A stretch of DNA of 64,000 nucleotides from Octopus vulgaris (lineage: Eukaryota), in the NCBI GenBank assembly GCA_951406725.2, contig OX597828.1:74400001-74464000 (forward strand), read 5' to 3'. A program made the position numbers and the translations under genes. Shown piece by piece: positions 28,501 to 41,364 of the stretch; positions within the stretch are counted from its first letter, which is position 1; every line of letters starts with the position of its first letter. The notes beneath the pieces are model-generated. The model did no database searches and was not told the DNA's origin. It saw only the letters and a program-made list of their open reading frames with translations.

Positions 28501-29803
28501 CTAGCAGAGATACCCAGCGTTGCCCGGTTACATTCAATTGGAGAATTAGACTTTTCTGTTAAATCTTCTGAAATGAACTGGAATATCTATGTTTCGAATT
28601 TCATCAAAATTGCAGATGAGGGTTATTTCACTCTTTACACACCCGAAAAAATTGTAATCGTACCACATGTATCCCATAATACTGATTTTTATGCGCATAT
28701 TCCAAAATTCCAGTCTTATTGAACTTGTTAAAAAGATTTTGCTCCTAAAAAATGAAGGTCATGGAGCTCTAAAATGTGAGAGTTAAGGCCCCTGTTGGGG
28801 GTGGGCATCTTAATGTCAACCAGGGAAGCTGAATTGTAGAGAATCTTTTTAACTTGGGTCTTATATCTATTGTTTGAATTTCTTTGAAAGAGGAAATATA
28901 TGTTCACTGGGTTTGTAAAAGAGAGCAAAGCTACAAGAAACCAAAAGACGAATGATCACAATAAGCATTCAGATACCCTACCGTAGTCATTACCCCTCCC
29001 AATGTAGGATTCCTCACCATCCAGGTGACAGGCACAGCTGTAAGATGCATTACGAATCTATAGCAATTGAAAGGGCGTGACCCAACTGAAATAAACATTA
29101 ACAACTGTGTGACGTAAGAGCTAAGAAGAAATGAAAGTTGGAGTTTGCAAATGCCCACTATACTGATATGTAATTGGACAGAATAAATATACAATCTATA
29201 AATGTCTTTGAATAACCAGTCACTCATCTGGGAAGGCCTTGAAATCAATGTTATCATCTGGGGACTATGTGTGACCGAGTGATAATAAAAAGATTGAACG
29301 GAGGTCTGCAATCAAATAATTTTACTCAACACTTTGCAACTGAATCAGTGGAGGCAAAGATGCCTCTCATTTACTTGACAATTTATGCACCACATTGCAG
29401 AAATCACAATCTAAGTGTATGTCAAAGCAAACTGTTACACTGTTGTACCATTGAATTAGAAATAATGCCCAACCTACAGCTTCCAAGAGCAGAACTGTAT
29501 TCGTTTTTGCTTTGATAAAATGACAAAATTGTGGGTGTTAAGTCCCCATGGAGGGGTCTTTCTAACTTTATAAACAGATGAAATTTTATAAATATTACAT
29601 CATTTATGTCTAATATCTATGGTTAAAATTTCCTCAACAGCAAAAATATATGAATTGTCATGGGAGTTATGGCCCTTATGCATAGAATATAATTTCCAAG
29701 TTTCATAAAGATCCATTCAGTACCTTTGACATAGTTTTGGATCATAAAAGAAATGACTAAAATTTGGGAGTTAAGGGTCCCATTAGGGTGTTATATATAT
29801 AGA
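28501..29803 (-). mobile_element. Probable non-autonomous Helitron-type element
   Basis: CTAG plus a CCCAGCGTTGCCCGG hairpin at the left end and TATATATAGA|T at the right end; interior unassigned. Confidence 0.45.
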
Positions 29804-29936
29804 TTAATCAGCCGAAATTACTACGATGATCCGGTTCTTGACTGAAGACTGAGGGTTTTGAATGTCCTGTCCGTGTTTATTGTATCGTCTTCTAAGAGTT
29901 ATACGTTCTTGTCCATGTTGTATTTTTCTACATACC

Positions 29937-29984
<48 letters not shown>

Positions 29985-29985
29985 C

Positions 29986-30028
<43 letters not shown>

Positions 30029-30318
30029 CAAACACACACACGCACACATACAAAGATAAATTGATAGATACAACTGAGTGGGCAAACAAAAATATGAGAC
30101 ACAGCCGAGTGCTTTTTTATGTTGATAAGCCAAGTACTTATTCTATTAGTTTGTTCTTGTGAAACCAGTAAGTTATGTGGATGTAAATAAATGAACAGCA
30201 GTTGTGAAGCAGTGATGAGGGCGAAACACAGAGACAAAGACACACACATACACTTACATATATACATATATATATACGATTGATTTGTTACAGTTCCTGT
30301 CTACGAAATCCATATATA

Positions 30319-33030
30319 TTGTTGTTGGCATCCTTTTTGTCTCGGGAGACAATGGAGTTGCGCATAAAATAATCTAGTCCGGCTTTTACATTTCATGTCC
30401 TAATACATCTCCTGCTGTGGCTGTGTAGTCCTATCCTGGACAAACACTCCTTCTGGCAGGTGCCGCAAATGTAGCGAAGACTTTGCCTGGCTGGTTGTAA
30501 TGTCATAGTTTCTTGTTGACGTCTTTTCTTGTCTTTCCATTTCTCCTTTCTCTCTATGTCACTCCTTTGTGTTCCCTCTTTTACGGTACGTTGCCAATCT
30601 CCACGGTTGCTGGCAACTGCTTCCCAGTTGGTAATATTGATGTTGCAGGCATTCATGTCCCTTTTGCAAACATCCTTGTATCGTAAGAACGGTCTTCTCC
30701 CAGACCTAGTGCCCCTAGCAAGCTCTCCGTAGAGTATGTCCTTGGGGATTCTGCCATCTTCCATACGACTAACATGTCCAAGCCATCTCATACGTCTTTG
30801 TGTGAGGAGTGCAAACATGCTTGGTATTCCTGCTTGCTTGAGGACATCTTTATTGGGGACATGATTCTGCCATTTGATGCGAAGGATTTTCCGGAGGCAG
30901 CGCAGGTGAAAGATATTTAGGCGACATATGGCGTGTGTATGGCGTCCAAGTCTCACTTCCATACAGTAGAGTGCTAAGTACACATGCCTGGTAAATCTTC
31001 ATTTTTGTGGTCTTGGTCAGCTTATTGTTGTCCCATGCGCATTTGGTGAGTTGGGCCATCACAGCAGCTGCCTTGCCAATGCGTATATTGAGCTCAGCAT
31101 CAAGGGATAGGTTGTAGGTGATGGTAGAGCCAAGATAGGTAAACTTCTCCACCTCCTGTACTCTGTGGTCTCCAATATGTATGTTTGGGATGTCCGATGT
31201 AGCCTGACCCATGATGTTGGTCTTCTTGAGGCTGATAACTAAGCCAAAGTTGCCAAATGCTTTCTCAAAACAGTTGATGAGCCTTCGTAGGGCTTCTTCT
31301 GTGTGTGATACCAGATTGGCATCATCAACAAATAGCATCTCCTTGATCAGGACGCTTCTGGTTTTGGTCTTGGCACGCAGATGCGAGAGATTGAACAGTT
31401 TCCCATCACTTCTACTGTGCAGAAACACTCCATCATCTGATATCTCAAAGGCATTTGACAGCAGCAGCGAGAAGAAGATGCCAAATAATGTAGGAGCAAG
31501 GACACAATCTTGCTTTACTCCATTTTTTATTTGGAAGGCGGCTGATGTTGAACCATTGTACTGTATGGTGCCTTGCATGTCATCATGGAAAGACTTGATG
31601 ATCCTCAGCAGCTTTGGTGGACATCCGATTTTTTGGAGCAGGATGAAAAGGCCTTTTCTACTTACCAAGTCAAAGGCCTTTGTCAGATAAATGAAGGCCA
31701 TATATAATGGCATTTTCTGCCCTCTGGACTTCTGAAGTTTGCGTATGGAGAATATCATGTCAATAGTTGATCTGCTTCTTCTAAAGCCACACTGCGATTC
31801 TGGATAAATTCAAGAAGCAATTAATTGCAGCCTGGACAGGATAATGCGAGCAAAGGTCTTTCCAACAGTGCTTAGAAAAGATATTCCACGGTAATTGTTA
31901 CAATCCTCACGGTCACCTTTATTTTTGTAAAGCGTGATGATGTTAGCATCCCGCATATTCTGAGGGATTGTACCCTCTTACCAGCACTGACACAGAAGCT
32001 CATGAATGTGCCGAAGCTGGATGGTGTTTTTGCCAGTTTTGATGATCTCTAAGGGGATGCCGTCTTTTCCCGGAGCCTTGTTACTTGCTAGGGAGTCAAT
32101 AGATTTGGTGAGCTCTGCTATAGATGGCAGACTGTCAAGTTCACACATGACTGGCAAGATTTTGACACTCTCGATTGCAGCCTCAGCTACCGTGGTCTCT
32201 CGTGAGTAGAGATCCTGGTAGTACTCCATCCATGTATCGATTTGCTTGCTTTGGTCCTTGATGAGATCCCCAGTAGTTGATTTCAGAGTGGCTGAGTTGG
32301 TTGCGGATGGATCAATGGCCTTCTTTAAACCGGCATACATCCCATGGGAGTCGCCACTGTCAGCAGCTGACTGGATACTCTGACAGATTTCCTGTCAATA
32401 CCCATTTGCACAGCGTCTGGCAGTCAGCTGGGTTTTATTTCTTGCCTTTCTGAGTTCTTCGAGTGACTTTGTAGAAGAATCACTCTTGTATTGCATCAGA
32501 ACTGCACGCTTTGCTTCGATAACTGTTTCCAGCTCTGAGACCCCAGCACTGAACCAATCTGGGTTTTACCTTTCTCTCATGCCGAAAGTATCTATTGATG
32601 TAGTATACAAAGCTTCCCTGATATAATTCCACCTACTTTCAGCAGAGTAGGTTGGGTAGCTCCTGAGAGCAACCTTGATAGAAACAGCAAAACATTTTCG
32701 CAGTGTAGGGTCCAAGGTTCTGGCAGTGTTAATGCGTGGTCAGCCCATTTTCTTGGAGTGATGGGCTTTTTTAGGCAGAATCCTCACCCTTCTTATTAGT
32801 GAATGATCTGTGTCACAATCCGCGCTGTGGTAACTACGGGTCAGCTGAACAGAATTCAGAAAGGATCTCCGTGTAATGATGAGATCCAGCTGATGCCAGT
32901 GGTAAGATCTTGGATGTCTCCAAGATGCCTTGTGGGATGTCTTGTTGGGAAAGAATGTGTTGGTGATGCACAGGTTATGGTATGTACAAAATTCAAGTAG
33001 TCTCTGGCCATTGTCATTCATGTTGCCAAT
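30319..33030 (-). mobile_element. RTE/BovB-like LINE pseudogene
   Basis: CDTDHSL, KAPGKDGIP, AFIYLTKAFDLV, GVKQDCVLAPTLF, MLFVDD, EKFTYLGS, MRWLGHV, CGTC..ECLSRIGLHSH; (CAA)n tail. Confidence 0.93.
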
Positions 33031-33106
33031 ACCAAAACACATATACTTACATATATACATACATATATATATACGATTGATTTGTTTCAGTTCCTGTCTA
33101 CGAAAT

Positions 33107-33154
<48 letters not shown>

Positions 33155-33636
33155 GTATACACACACACACAAAGATAAATTGATAGATACAACTGAGTGG
33201 GCAAACAAAATTGTGAGACACTGTGTAGAGCTTTTTTAAATTTTGATAAGCCTGGTACTTATTCTATCAGTTTCTTCTTGTGAAACCAGTACGTTATGGG
33301 AATGTAAATAAACGAACACCAGTTGTGAAGTAGTGATGAGGGAGAAACACAAAGACACACACATAGACTTACATATATATACACATACAATTAATTTCTT
33401 TCAGTTTCTGTCTACAAATCCACTGACAAGGCTTTGGTTGGTCTCAGGCTATAGCAGAAGACACATGCCAAGTTACCACACAGTGGGACTGAACTGAGGA
33501 CCATGTGTTTTGGAACCAAGTTTGTTGCCACACAGACACACCTGCACTTATGTATGTGGGTGTATGTGTGTGTATGTGTGTATGGGTGTATATATGTATG
33601 CATATATATGTGTACATATTACCTGTACATCTATAT

Positions 33637-33683
<47 letters not shown>

Positions 33684-33768
33684 TAGACATACATGTATAT
33701 CTATAGAAATACATCTATACATATACAGCTATACATATACATATATACATATACAGCTATATATATAC

Positions 33769-33872
<104 letters not shown>

Positions 33873-33909
33873 TTATATTTATATATATATACATCCATAT
33901 ACATACAAT

Positions 33910-34148
33910 AGAGAGATGTTTTTGATTCACTTTTAACACGTAAGACTGAAATAGTGGAGAAGATATGATATTGCTGTGGGTTCGCCTTGGGCAAGAAGTT
34001 AGAAATTTTTTGCCCATGACACTACTTGGACCCAAATAAGACATGTGTAAAATTTGAATGAAATTGGTTGTGTAGTTCTCAAGTTTTAGGGAAACACACA
34101 GACAGACAGACAGACAGACACACATTCTCAGTTTTATATATATAAAGA
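33910..34148 (-). mobile_element. Helitron-type non-autonomous element, 5' portion
   Basis: (CAGA)n followed by TTTTATATATATAAAGA|T, the same terminus type as 52230-52279. Confidence 0.5.
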
Positions 34149-34224
34149 TAAATGTAACCATATGTGGATTGTTGGGGATATTTTCCCCCATCTTCCTTTT
34201 CTCCTAGACTTTCCTCCGTCCCCT

Positions 34225-34259
34225 ATTTCTAACAAAGAGCTTTGCTCGAAACGTAAAAC
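34225..34259 (+). ncRNA. Degenerate hammerhead motif, same family as 1723 and 6738
   Basis: ATTT-CTAACAA-A-GAGC(TTT)GCTC-GAAAC-GT-A-AAAC; two core G>A changes. Confidence 0.4.
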
Positions 34260-34398
34260 TACCTTTTTTCCTTCCCTCCTTCCTTGAGCGTCTGCTAATA
34301 CTTAGCATGTACCACGTGCTTGTGTTGTTGTTTTTTTCTTGTTGTGTTTGTTCTTAGTTTTTTGGGGGGTGGGGATTTACTATATATATATATATATA

Positions 34399-34650
34399 AA
34401 AAAGGAAATGAAGAAAATGCTGACAAATAATTGAAGTAATTTAAGTAATTTAATTAGGTGAAAGTTCTTTTTACCGGTTGCGCGTTTGTTATGCTTATCA
34501 AAATATCATATTTTGATAAGCATAACAAACGCGCAACCGGTAAAAAGAACTTTCACCTAATTAAATTACTTAAATTACTTCAATTATTTGTCAGCATTTT
34601 CTTCATTTCCTTTTTATATATCACCACTCGTGTTCGACATCTCCTTTTAA
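34399..34650. repeat. Perfect palindrome (108-bp arms, 1-nt loop at 34507) plus 35-bp tail
   Basis: Arms pair base for base; same family as 51532-51889. Confidence 0.92.
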
Positions 34651-35562
34651 ATATATATATATATATATATACAAATTGAGATAGGGGTTGTAAATGCAAC
34701 CCTCCATGGGATAACATATATCCAATATGTACTTATATCTTAATTAATAATAACTTCTGTTTACTTATTGTGTAAGTATATATACGTCTTTTGATGGGCA
34801 GACATATATTTTGTGATTTAGTGAATATGGGTGGAGGTGTCGAGGTGTGTGCATATGTGTATGTATGTTTTTGTATGTATATGTATGTTCATGGGTGGAT
34901 ATACAGGTGTATGTTTTTTTTCGTACATATGAGTACGCAGGTGCGTATTTAGATATGTGTATATGTATATGCGAATATTTATTCATGGGTGGGTATAAGT
35001 ATAGGTTGTTCTTATACGTGTGAGTGTGCAGATATATATTTAAGTATGTATATATGTATGTGGTACTTCATACTTTGTATGTATATGCGGATATTTAACA
35101 CTTTACATGGTATTGTAGTACTATTGTGACTATATTGCTAATAATGGAATCTATAAATTGTTTTTCTAGTATTAGCGTTATTAATAATGATACGAATGAT
35201 GATATTGGTAGCATTAATGGTATTGGCAATGATAATGATGCTAACATTAATGACATTTTGGAAATTAATAAGAATTAATATAATGTACTCTTGACTCTGT
35301 ATATCTGCATTTGGGTATTAATATGTGTATGTTTTCTACATTGTAATATCACAATATTAAGTTGAAAAACTGTAACATTGAATGTGGAACATATGTATGT
35401 TTATTGATCTATATTATTTATATTATTTATATCATTATGTATATGTATATTTATATGTATAGGAGTGTGAGTATATGCACTCATATGTATATGTATATGA
35501 TGTATTATGGGTATGTACCCGCACCCATATAGGTATATATATAGACTGATTTATATCACATA

Positions 35563-35689
35563 ATCTCCGAAGAGGCCTTATGATATTTTTGTAAATGTCT
35601 CATTTATAACTACATATTGACCTACCATAAAAGGCTAATATGAGTAAAATGAGACATACTTATCTACATGGCTGAAACAGCTGTAAGAT
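35563..35689 (+). ncRNA. Hammerhead ribozyme with CCGA core and about 100-nt helix II domain
   Basis: ATCT-CCGAAGA-GGCC...(TGTCTCATTT/AAATGAGACA inner stem)...GGCT-GAAAC-AGCT-GT-A-AGAT. Confidence 0.65.
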
Positions 35690-36138
35690 GTAATCTATAT
35701 TTATATTAATATTTACTTATATTTATATTCTCTTATATATATTCTACTTATTGTATAACATTACTCTTTTATGTACACTTTTTTATGTATACTCCTTTAT
35801 GTACACTGTTTTGCTCTACTTTTTTTATGTTTAACCCTATAGTTTCTTATGTGGTGGTTTAATAAAGTATGTGATTGAGTACTATCTGGTAATTGATATT
35901 GATTTAGATGTATTTCTCCACTTTCTTATTTTGTGTATATATATATATATATATAAGCAATAAAGGGTTTGGCAACGAATTGCCTTACCACATACCGAAT
36001 TTAGAAATAGCAGTCAAAGAGTTATAGCTATTTCTTCTACTAAAAAGGGAGATCTCAGTAAAAACAGCAATTGGAAGGCAGACACAAACAGGTAAGAGGG
36101 AATGAATTGACGGCAATCTATCATACAATTTTAAGTTA

Positions 36139-36239
36139 TCTACGGACGTACGTTTCGAAATCAAGTTTTTAGGAAAGCATAAGAATTAAATATTAAATAA
36201 TTCTATCTTACCAAGAACTTCTTTTCTCTTCAGCGTAGA
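36139..36239 (-). ncRNA. Hammerhead ribozyme, canonical core, long helix II domain
   Basis: TCTACG-CTGAAGA-GAAA...TTTC-GAAAC-GTAC-GT-C-CGTAGA: 6-bp helix I, palindromic helix III, GUC triplet. Confidence 0.85.
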
Positions 36240-36481
36240 ATACTATAATCATAAATGATTATATATTGAATTTTGAGATACTAGAAGGCATCAACTCAAC
36301 TCAGTATCAGAGCGAGCTAGAATCCGCAACTAGTATCACCAAATTCAATGTGTGAATGAAAAGATTGTGTCACCAGCCCCTTCCCACCCGCGTGTAGCCA
36401 AAACAAGATGCTGTGGTCATCTACTGAGATAAAATATGGTTATCCGTAATTCCAAATTAATTAATTTCACCCTTCATTATT

Positions 36482-36526
<45 letters not shown>

Positions 36527-36759
36527 CATATATACATACATATATATGTATGTATGTATATACACAACAGGTTTCTTTCACTTTCGGCTTACCAAATCCA
36601 CTCACAAGACTTTGGTCGGCCCGAGGTTACAGTAGAAGCCACTTGCCCTGGGTGCCATGCAGTGGGACTGAACCCGGAACCATGTGGTTGGGAAAGCAAG
36701 CTTCCTACCACACAGCCATGCCTGCACCTATAGCAAGCTTCATACCACACAACCACACC

Positions 36760-36908
36760 TAAAGAAATATTTGATAAAGCAACTCACTATTGTAACAAGG
36801 CTCTAGTTAACAGTGGCTTCAGAAATTCCTAGATTACAATCCTTCAAGTACAAATATGAATCTTAAAAACAGACCTAAAATTAGGCCTAGGAAAATAATA
36901 TGGATTTA
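36760..36908 (+). mobile_element. Penelope-like RT remnant
   Basis: KEIFDKATHYCNKALVNSGF...RPRKIIW. Confidence 0.55.
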
Positions 36909-37480
36909 AGGATAAATATGAAGTAGATGGGACTGTCCAGAATATCCAGGAGAAATGGAAATATTTGTAGCTAGACCCACATAATTCTTTTCAGTGCCAT
37001 CTATGGATGTCAATGTTATGCGGCTCGGACAAAAAGCATCATGGCACTGCTTCTCTACACTATGAATTCAGACCCTGCCGAAATTGATTTTGTCCATCCA
37101 TTGAAGACCGATAAGAAAGTGGTAATTCAAAGGGGGTAGATTGGCAGAATTGTGAGCCTGCCAGACTGGATACCATAGCATTATGAGTTCAAATCCTGCT
37201 ATGACTTACATAGATGGTAGACACAACCACCATCTGACATCTTGGGTGCCTTAAATAGAATTCACTGTGTTGCAAGCATTTGAAACAGGTTTCCATCTGG
37301 AGGATGACATTCTTCCTCCTTCCTGCCAGTCTGAAAGGCCCTGTAGTGGGTCATAAGCAAAGTACTGCCTTCCTTTCTTACTCAAGGATTAAAACCATGA
37401 ATTTTTTGGAGATTCAGGATGCCTGAGCAGATAAAGCAATGAATTCTAATAGTTACATATTAGTTGATGCAATAGTGGTT

Positions 37481-37672
37481 CTATATGCAAATGTTTCTGA
37501 TTGTAGTATTCAAATCTGTACTGTCCATGCAGGAGTAACTGACCTTAATGTTGTGTGAATTGAAGAAGTGAAAGTATTTGTACACTGATGGGAAATGGTG
37601 TTTTACAAGTAGTAGGAAATTTCTTGTGTTCATGACTTCTAGGTTGTACAATGGATTAAACCAGATAGTTCC
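37481..37672 (-). mobile_element. Penelope-like RT/linker remnant
   Basis: IWFNPLYN...FLLLVKHHFP...FFNSHNIKVSYSCM matches the PLE IIWFNPPY...KVSYSCM motif. Confidence 0.75.
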
Positions 37673-37704
37673 ACTCACCTTCTTTATCAGTCTGTTTATT
37701 TCTC

Positions 37705-37744
<40 letters not shown>

Positions 37745-37939
37745 TGTACTCAGTTATGCAATGGGTGAAATATTCTCCATATAAGCTAGTTTTTTACTAC
37801 AGAAGTAGCACCTCATTGATGTACTATTTTATTCACAACCCCTCTCCCCGCCTAATTATGTCCTTTCAGGAATAACTATGGATAGTGACTGACCTATACC
37901 TTGGACAGGAAAACATTTGAGAGGGTAGACCCCTATTAT

Positions 37940-38170
37940 AATGACTAACACAACCAATATCAACAGCAACACTAACAACATCATGAAAACCAACAAAACT
38001 ACCACCATCACCACTAGCACCTCTACCAGCACACCACTACCAACAACAACAACAACAACAACAACAACAAAAACACCAATAAACATCATTACCAACAACA
38101 TAAGGAATATCAACAATAACAATAACAACTCTAATAATATGACCACCACCACCAACAACAACAACAGCAA
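37940..38170 (+). repeat. Degenerate (CAA/CAC)n trinucleotide repeat
   Basis: Low-complexity AAC/ACC runs. Confidence 0.9.
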
Positions 38171-40065
38171 TAAAAAAGGAACACTATCAACGCCGTAAAC
38201 ATCAATAAATAGATTTTTTAAAATAACATTGATCTCCATCTTTAGCGCGCTGAGTATATGCTTAGCAGTATTGCTTCTGTCTTTACGTTCTGAGTTCAAA
38301 TCTGCAAGGTCAACTTTGCCTTTTAACCTTTCGGGGTCGATAAAATAAGAAGCAGTCGAACATTGAGATCGGTGTCATTGACCCACATCCCCGAATTTGC
38401 AAAATCTTAAAACCGATATAGATCTCCACATGTCACAGTCAAATCATGACATGTCCCAAATGTAAGATATCAGTTCCTTCTTCGTAAACTGGATATTTAA
38501 TCAGCACTTACTTCACAACCTTTGAAACGATTGCATCATTTGATAGTAAAAGTGTATACAAAACAAAATAGCGCAGACTTGGTGGTAAAGTTCATCGGGT
38601 GCTGTCTGCTGTAGTTTCGTGTTGAAGAAAGAATTCTGAGTGGAATTTGGTACACTGAAATCGTACAGAAGCTAGTTACATGTGTGTGTATGTGTGTGTG
38701 TGTATATATATACAGTGGTTAAGTGTGAATCATGGAAAACAGCTGCAAATGGAATGTGTATGTCTTTAAAGTAAACAAATGCGTGAACCGATCCATAATT
38801 AAAAAAATAATTTATTCATTGGACTTGATTTGTTATAGGTACACTTAATTCTTCACTAAATACAAAATGTTGACAACTGCTACGAGTTGCTAGAAATATA
38901 AACAGGGTACATTTGTGGAAGTCATATATCAGGAAGGAACATGTTCGTGCATGTGTATAGTTCATTTGAGACAGTAGTCTATCGTGGCACTTCGAACATT
39001 CTGTGCGGTCATTCAAAACCTGTTGTGTGGTCGACCTTCCTCGATGCCTGCAGGGATTTTCTCTCCCCCTGGTCTCTGTTGACCAGCGAATTTATAATAA
39101 ATCGTGGCAGCTAGAAAGATAGACATAACGAAGCAGAGTTTGTGCCTAAATAGGTCAGCTCCTGTCCATTTGACATGGCTGAGGTCGTAGGTCAAAGGGA
39201 GATGACCAATCAATTTTTGACAGGACAAAGAAAACCTTTTTTCACGCCTGTTGATCGTCGTGGTTTGGACGTCCGAGAATTCTTAGGTTCGGTTTCGAAT
39301 TTAGGCTTGGAGAAGGAAGTGTTAATTTTTACGTATATATATGTAACAAGATGAAGGTCTCAGGAACAGTTGAGGGGTGTCTGTCTGATCTTGTCACATA
39401 CAATTGTCGAAGGAAGAACCAAAATCCGACTGTCTTCAATAACAATAAATAATACTTTATTTTCCGGGATTAGCAAATACAAAAAAAATATATGCACATA
39501 TATATTGTCCTTAAGGGCGAACCGGTAGCCAAGTCCACAAGACTGTTCACAAATGTTCACTTGTGTGAGCCAAAATTACCGTCTCCGTTCCCGCTTAGAA
39601 GAGAACTTCTCTATATGTAGGGTTTTCCCTCAGAGAAGGTTGGTCACGTCCACTCGGTAGGGTTGCTGATTCAAAAAGAGACAGATTTGGCGGGAACGCT
39701 AAATATGTTAGTCCTACAAAATATATTCTCTGCCAAAGTGGAAGAAGTGCTTTATTCACAATAATCACTTCAATGTTAATATAAAATAGAACATCGAAAA
39801 TCACTGGTGGAGCATCAAAAATCACCGTCGCCTGTCACCGTATTTGCTTATAGATAACCAAATAAATCTAGATGTCATCTGATGTCTATGATCTATTGCT
39901 CTAATTGAGGCTCTTTTCACTGGAAAAGATTAGATAAATAACAAGCTTCGATGGATAATTGATTTCTTAAGAAAATAAATACGTCCATGAATCGATAAAA
40001 CACGAGGTAGGTTGGGTTGTTTTGGAGAGAAAAAAAATTAAATTAAAGCAATCCTTACTATACTA

Positions 40066-40270
40066 AGGCGACAAGCTGGCGAAAACGTTGGCATGCCAAG
40101 CAAAATGCTTACTGGGATTTTGTCTGTCTTTATGTTCTGAGTTCGAATCCCGCCGAGGTCGACTTTACTTTTTATCCTTTCGGGGTGGATAAATTAAGTA
40201 CCAGTTGCGTACTGGAGTCGACCCAATTAACTGGCCCCTTCCCCCCAAATTTCGGGCCCAGTATCTTGAG
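40066..40270 (+). mobile_element. tRNA-derived SINE (related copies 38240-38400, 56358-56572, 60583-60750)
   Basis: AGGCG.C.AGCTGGC head, GAGTTCGAATCC B box, GTCGACTTT.C.TTT.ATCCTTTCGGGGT core. Confidence 0.75.
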
Positions 40271-40483
40271 CAGAAAAGATTAATAGACGTCGTTAATCCT
40301 CTATTTCAGTCTAACCTCTTTATATACGTCATGAGAGAACGTTGTGTGGTTGAACGACATGGTATACCAATACCGAAGAATTGCCCAATCCGGACCGACG
40401 ATTCGGAAAGCAGAAGTGGGGACAGGAAATGTCCAGGAGCTTCGGAGCTTCTGGTTTTCTAGAGACATTGAAAAAATATATAT

Positions 40484-40880
40484 TCTTTTTTATTTATCAC
40501 AGTCATTCGACTGCGGCCATGTTGGAGCATCGTCTTAAAGGGCTTTTTCTTTAGTCGAAGAAATCGACCCCAGGACTTATTATTTGTAAGCCTAGTACTT
40601 ATTCTATCGGTCTTGTTTGCCGAACCGCTAGTTATGGGAACGTAAACACACCAGCATCGGTTGTCAAGCGATGGTGGGATGAGAAACACAGACACAAACA
40701 GACACACACACACACAAACATACGACAGGCTTCTTTCAGTTTCTGTCTACCAAATCTACTCACAAGGCTTTGGTTGACCCGTGGCTATAGAAGAAGACAC
40801 TTGCCCAAGGTGCCATGCAGTGGGACTGAACCTGGAACCATGTGGTTGGGAAGCAAGCTTCTTACCACACAGCCCTGCCT
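40484..40880 (-). mobile_element. ~400-bp SINE with internal microsatellite
   Basis: Reverse complement of 40950-41364. Confidence 0.85.
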
Positions 40881-40949
40881 GTATAAAATATAAAATACAG
40901 TAAGAAAAGTAGAGAGCAAAATTTAAAGTTTGTTAATCCATTAAGAATT

Positions 40950-41108
40950 CAGGTGTGGCTGTGTGGTAAGTAGCTGGCTTACGAACCACATGGTTCCGGG
41001 TTCAGTCCCACTGCGTGGCACCTAGGGCAAGTGTCTTCTGCTACAGCCTCGGGCCGACCAAAGCCTTGTGAGTGGATTTGGGAGAAGGAAACTGAAAGAA
41101 GCCCGTCG

Positions 41109-41155
<47 letters not shown>

Positions 41156-41364
41156 ATATGTTTGCGTGTCTGTGTTTGTCTCCCCAACATCGCTTGACAA
41201 CCGATGCTGGTGTGTTTACGTCCCCGTAACATTAGCGGTTCGGCAAAAGACACCGATAGAATAAGTACAAGGCTTACAAAGAATAAGTCCTGTGGTCGAT
41301 TTGCTCGACTAAAGGCGGTGCTCCAGCATGGCCGCAGTCAAATGACTGAAACAAGTAGAAGAGT
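40950..41364 (+). mobile_element. ~410-bp tRNA-derived SINE, the dominant family of the window
   Basis: GTGGCTGTGTGGTAAG...GGTTCAGTCCC...(TA/TG)n...CAGCATGGCCGCAGTCAAATGACTGAAAC. Further copies at 41806-42198(-), 44797-45139(-), 45740-46085(+), 50143-50532(+), 59535-59932(-), plus many fragments. Confidence 0.88.

Noticed and set aside
29240-29270. INVIIWD, resembling a Pif1/Helitron helicase Walker B motif
   Set aside because: Single short match, opposite to the element orientation, with no other helicase motifs.
29842-29866. CTGAAGA...GAATGTC hammerhead-like string
   Set aside because: No GAAA, and no helix I or II pairing.
37856-38299. Hydrophobic 147-aa ORF resembling a membrane protein
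   Set aside because: It is the reverse strand of a (CAA)n repeat.
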